DNA from: Trichoplax sp. H2
Lineage: Eukaryota
NCBI GenBank assembly: GCA_003344405.1
Contig: NOWV01000031.1
Span: 310,001-374,000, forward strand
Direction: 5' to 3'
Length of the DNA stretch: 64,000 bases
Shown piece by piece: positions 62,845 to 64,000 of the stretch; the first letter of the stretch is position 1; every line of letters begins with the position of its first letter. The notes beneath the pieces are model-generated. The model ran no database searches. It saw only the letters and a list, made by a program, of their open reading frames with translations, and was not told the origin of the DNA. Both the position numbers and the translations under genes were made by a program.

Positions 62845-63939
62845 TTAATCAAAGTCAATTTCTTTGCCTAATAGTTGTAGGTAACTGAAATTTGTACATC
62901 TTAGAGAGAACATTGATAACATTTACAAGTTGTTAAAACACACAAATATCATATATTATCTTCATCAAAATTTGAAATCTAATATTAATAGTACAGTCAT
63001 AAAGGATATCGGAAAAATAATTCAAGTACTTCATTTATAGATAAATATCTCTAATCAAATAAGTTTTGAGGTAATCAAGTTTGTCATTTACGGCTGCGTG
63101 GTTTGTAACAGCAATGATAATGAGGTTCTTTTACCAATAATCCTTCAAAGCAGAACGATAGCATTTTAAATTAACTAATCTAACTTTCATCTCAGATGGG
63201 TCATAGTAAGAATGCAAACTATGATACTTACCCCTGACTCTCTGATTGCAATGCAGGATTAAGTACGGCCGAAGCAACACTACGTAGGCAAGTTTTAAAT
63301 ATCAGTGATGTAGAATATCAAAATTAACAAGTTTGCATATTGGCAAATTATCACTTACTTTGGTAATTGCAGTAATTTTACTAATTCGTTAGCTCTGTTG
63401 ATGATAAATTCATTGCTATTACCATTTTTGGGCTGCGTTGACTTAAGATAATAATCAAAATGAATAAAATCGCAGTTAGTTCACGAAAGAGAGGAAAGGT
63501 ACAATGCAATACCGCAGCCAATACAGCATGAAATTTCAAATCCTAATATTTTCGGTACAAGATCAAGATTTAAGACTTTGCAGAATTTATTTACATAATA
63601 CTTTCCAATCTTCATTAAGCAAATCTGCGCTCGTTGGATGGTATCGCATCTAGAGGATAACTAGATAATCGTAACATATAATAGATAATAATTAACATAT
63701 CGAAGCAGATGCATAATTTCTACTTAAGTAGCAGATAATAAAATAATGCTGTACTAAAACGTAGGTAAACATTTGATACGAACTAGAATAATAATACACA
63801 TGTATGAATGAAAATAACTTTCTAATGTGAAACTAAACATAGAATATCTAATGGCTATTGAGTTTCTAATTATGCCTTCAAAAAGTACCTTTGCTAAACA
63901 TGTCATAAGCAACGTCACGAATCTTGCAGTAAACTTTTT
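62845..63939 (-). CDS. AP5Z1: AP-5 complex subunit zeta-1, 3' exons (gene continues beyond window)
   Basis: Exons 63889-63939, 63595-63660, 63359-63441, 63232-63279, 63092-63142 and 62845-62884 splice in frame to ..RFVTLLMTCLAKLSSRCDTIQRAQICLMKI...IINRANELVKLLQLPNVASAVLNP...EIDFD*. This matches my recollection of the AP5Z1 C-terminus (LMTTLTKLASR..DLIPRA..IRTRATELLTLLKMPSVAQFVLTP). Confidence 0.8.
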
Positions 63940-64000
63940 CTAAACACATGAAGACAGTTAAATAAATTCTAAATTCTAAATATAATTATTAAGAAACGTA

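Overview
AT-rich, intron-rich animal genomic DNA with compact GT-AG introns. Composition and gene style suggest a basal metazoan such as a placozoan (Trichoplax-like), but this is inference only. From 1 to 19 kb the window is a mosaic of local segmental duplications. It holds the 3' end of a copine gene, a METTL22 pseudogene fused by microhomology to a copine fragment, an orphan transmembrane exon, and two copies of a decayed exon with a coding-type substitution pattern. It also holds an intact 5-exon gene for a 3xCUB single-pass membrane protein, scrambled copine remnants and an intact intronless METTL22. From 20 to 64 kb are conserved housekeeping genes reconstructed exon by exon: SUZ12 (-), USP22 (-), a DHRS7B pseudogene plus an intact DHRS7B (+), TMEM11 (-), TOM1/TOM1L2 (+) and the 3' end of AP5Z1 (-). 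USP22-DHRS7B-TMEM11 keep the order and orientation seen in human 17p11.2. Gene-specific tandem repeat arrays lie in first introns and upstream regions, and there is one 20-N assembly gap. No rRNA, tRNA, CRISPR array or recognisable transposon was seen. I found no convincing new molecular system. The best leads are the duplication/exon-shuffling hotspot, the CUB receptor, the ancient microsynteny and GTAC-pentamer/CRE promoter elements.
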